Origin: the human T2T-CHM13v2.0 reference genome, Homo sapiens
NCBI RefSeq assembly: GCF_009914755.1
Contig: NC_060937.1
Reading direction: 5' to 3' (one strand)
DNA length: 64,000 nt
A program made the position numbers and the translations under genes. The stretch's first letter is position 1; every line of letters begins with the position of its first letter. The notes below the pieces were generated by a model. It worked only from the letters and a program-made list of their open reading frames with translations. It was not told the origin of the DNA and made no database searches. Positions 62,901 to 64,000 of this stretch are shown one piece after another.

Positions 62901-63269
62901 TGCTATGGTTTGAATGTATGTATTTCTCCAAACTTCATGTTGAAACTTAATCCTGATGTGACAGTTAAGAGGTGGGGCCTTTAGAAGGCAATTAGGTCAT
63001 GAGGGCTCTGCTCTCACAGATGGAATTAGTGCCTTATAAAAAGGCTTGAGGGAGCCTGCATGGTCCTTCCTCCCCTTCCACCATGTGAGGAGGCAGCAAC
63101 AAGGCACCATCTTTGAAGCAGAAAGTGAGCCTTCGCCAGACAGCAAATCTGCCGGCACCTTGATCTCGGACTTCCCAGCCTCCAGAATTGTGAGCAATAA
63201 ATTTCTATTGTTTATACATCACCCAGTCTAAGGTATTTTTGTTATAGCAGCAGAAACAGATTAAGGCAG
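62901..63269 (+). mobile_element. MaLR solo LTR (MSTD/MLT1A-like)
   Basis: tgctatggtttgaatgt...ggacttcccagcctccagaattgtgagcaataaatt...gattaaggca. Confidence 0.88.
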
Positions 63270-63295
63270 ATTGAGGATAAAAATAATTGACTGTA

Positions 63296-63608
<313 letters not shown>

Positions 63609-64000
63609 AAATAATTGACTGTAAAACACTAGTAACTGTAAACGTTGCAGCATCCTTCTACAAAACATCTAGCCCCACTACATTGTGATGGGGTAGGATG
63701 TATATGGACTAGATTTCAATGAGAGTTAATAGAAATGAAGTGGAACTATTTGGGAGGAGGTTAAGGAGGGGGCAGGAGGGGACAAGGAAGAACATCTAAA
63801 TTACCTAGCCTCCTGCTAGCATTTTTAGTTTTTAATATGATGACAGTCAAGGAGAGGACAGAAGAGAACTCACTTCACAGTCCCACTTGGGGTGTGTTCC
63901 CGAGTTACACCGATAAAATTAGCTGAAAAATGAACTCCTCTGCACTGATTCTTTAAAGAGTATTTTTACAATAAATTATATTGTGTATGGCTTTCCAAAC

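Overview
Primate (most likely human) nuclear DNA; no intact protein-coding gene, RNA gene or CRISPR array is supported. Bases 1 to about 47.7 kb are AT-rich and filled with old interspersed repeats: a 5'-clipped L1PA, a degraded ERVL provirus, a five-layer nested repeat stack, L2/MIR, solo LTRs and a near full-length Tigger4. This part also holds a TSD-flanked PPP1R2 (inhibitor-2) retrocopy truncated at codon 162. At 47.7-49.55 kb is a solitary KRTAP21-1-like gene with TATA box, polyA signal and short polyA, lying behind an L1PA 3' end. Its reading frame is intact, but the start codon is CTG instead of ATG. The arrangement suggests L1 3' transduction. At 49.55-57.2 kb is an OR7E-type duplicon block: a 5'-truncated OR7E pseudogene, then a SATR1/SATR2-family satellite that grades from AT-rich ~63-bp units to GC-rich ~79-bp units while keeping two hairpins by compensatory changes, then four HERV-E-like pol fragments amplified inside the GC-rich repeat. 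The last 7 kb are Alu-dense, with three sites of serial Alu insertion. From memory, unverified, the combination resembles human 13q21.31 (PPP1R2P10/OR7E104P). Repeat subfamily names come from recalled consensus sequences and need RepeatMasker/Dfam confirmation.
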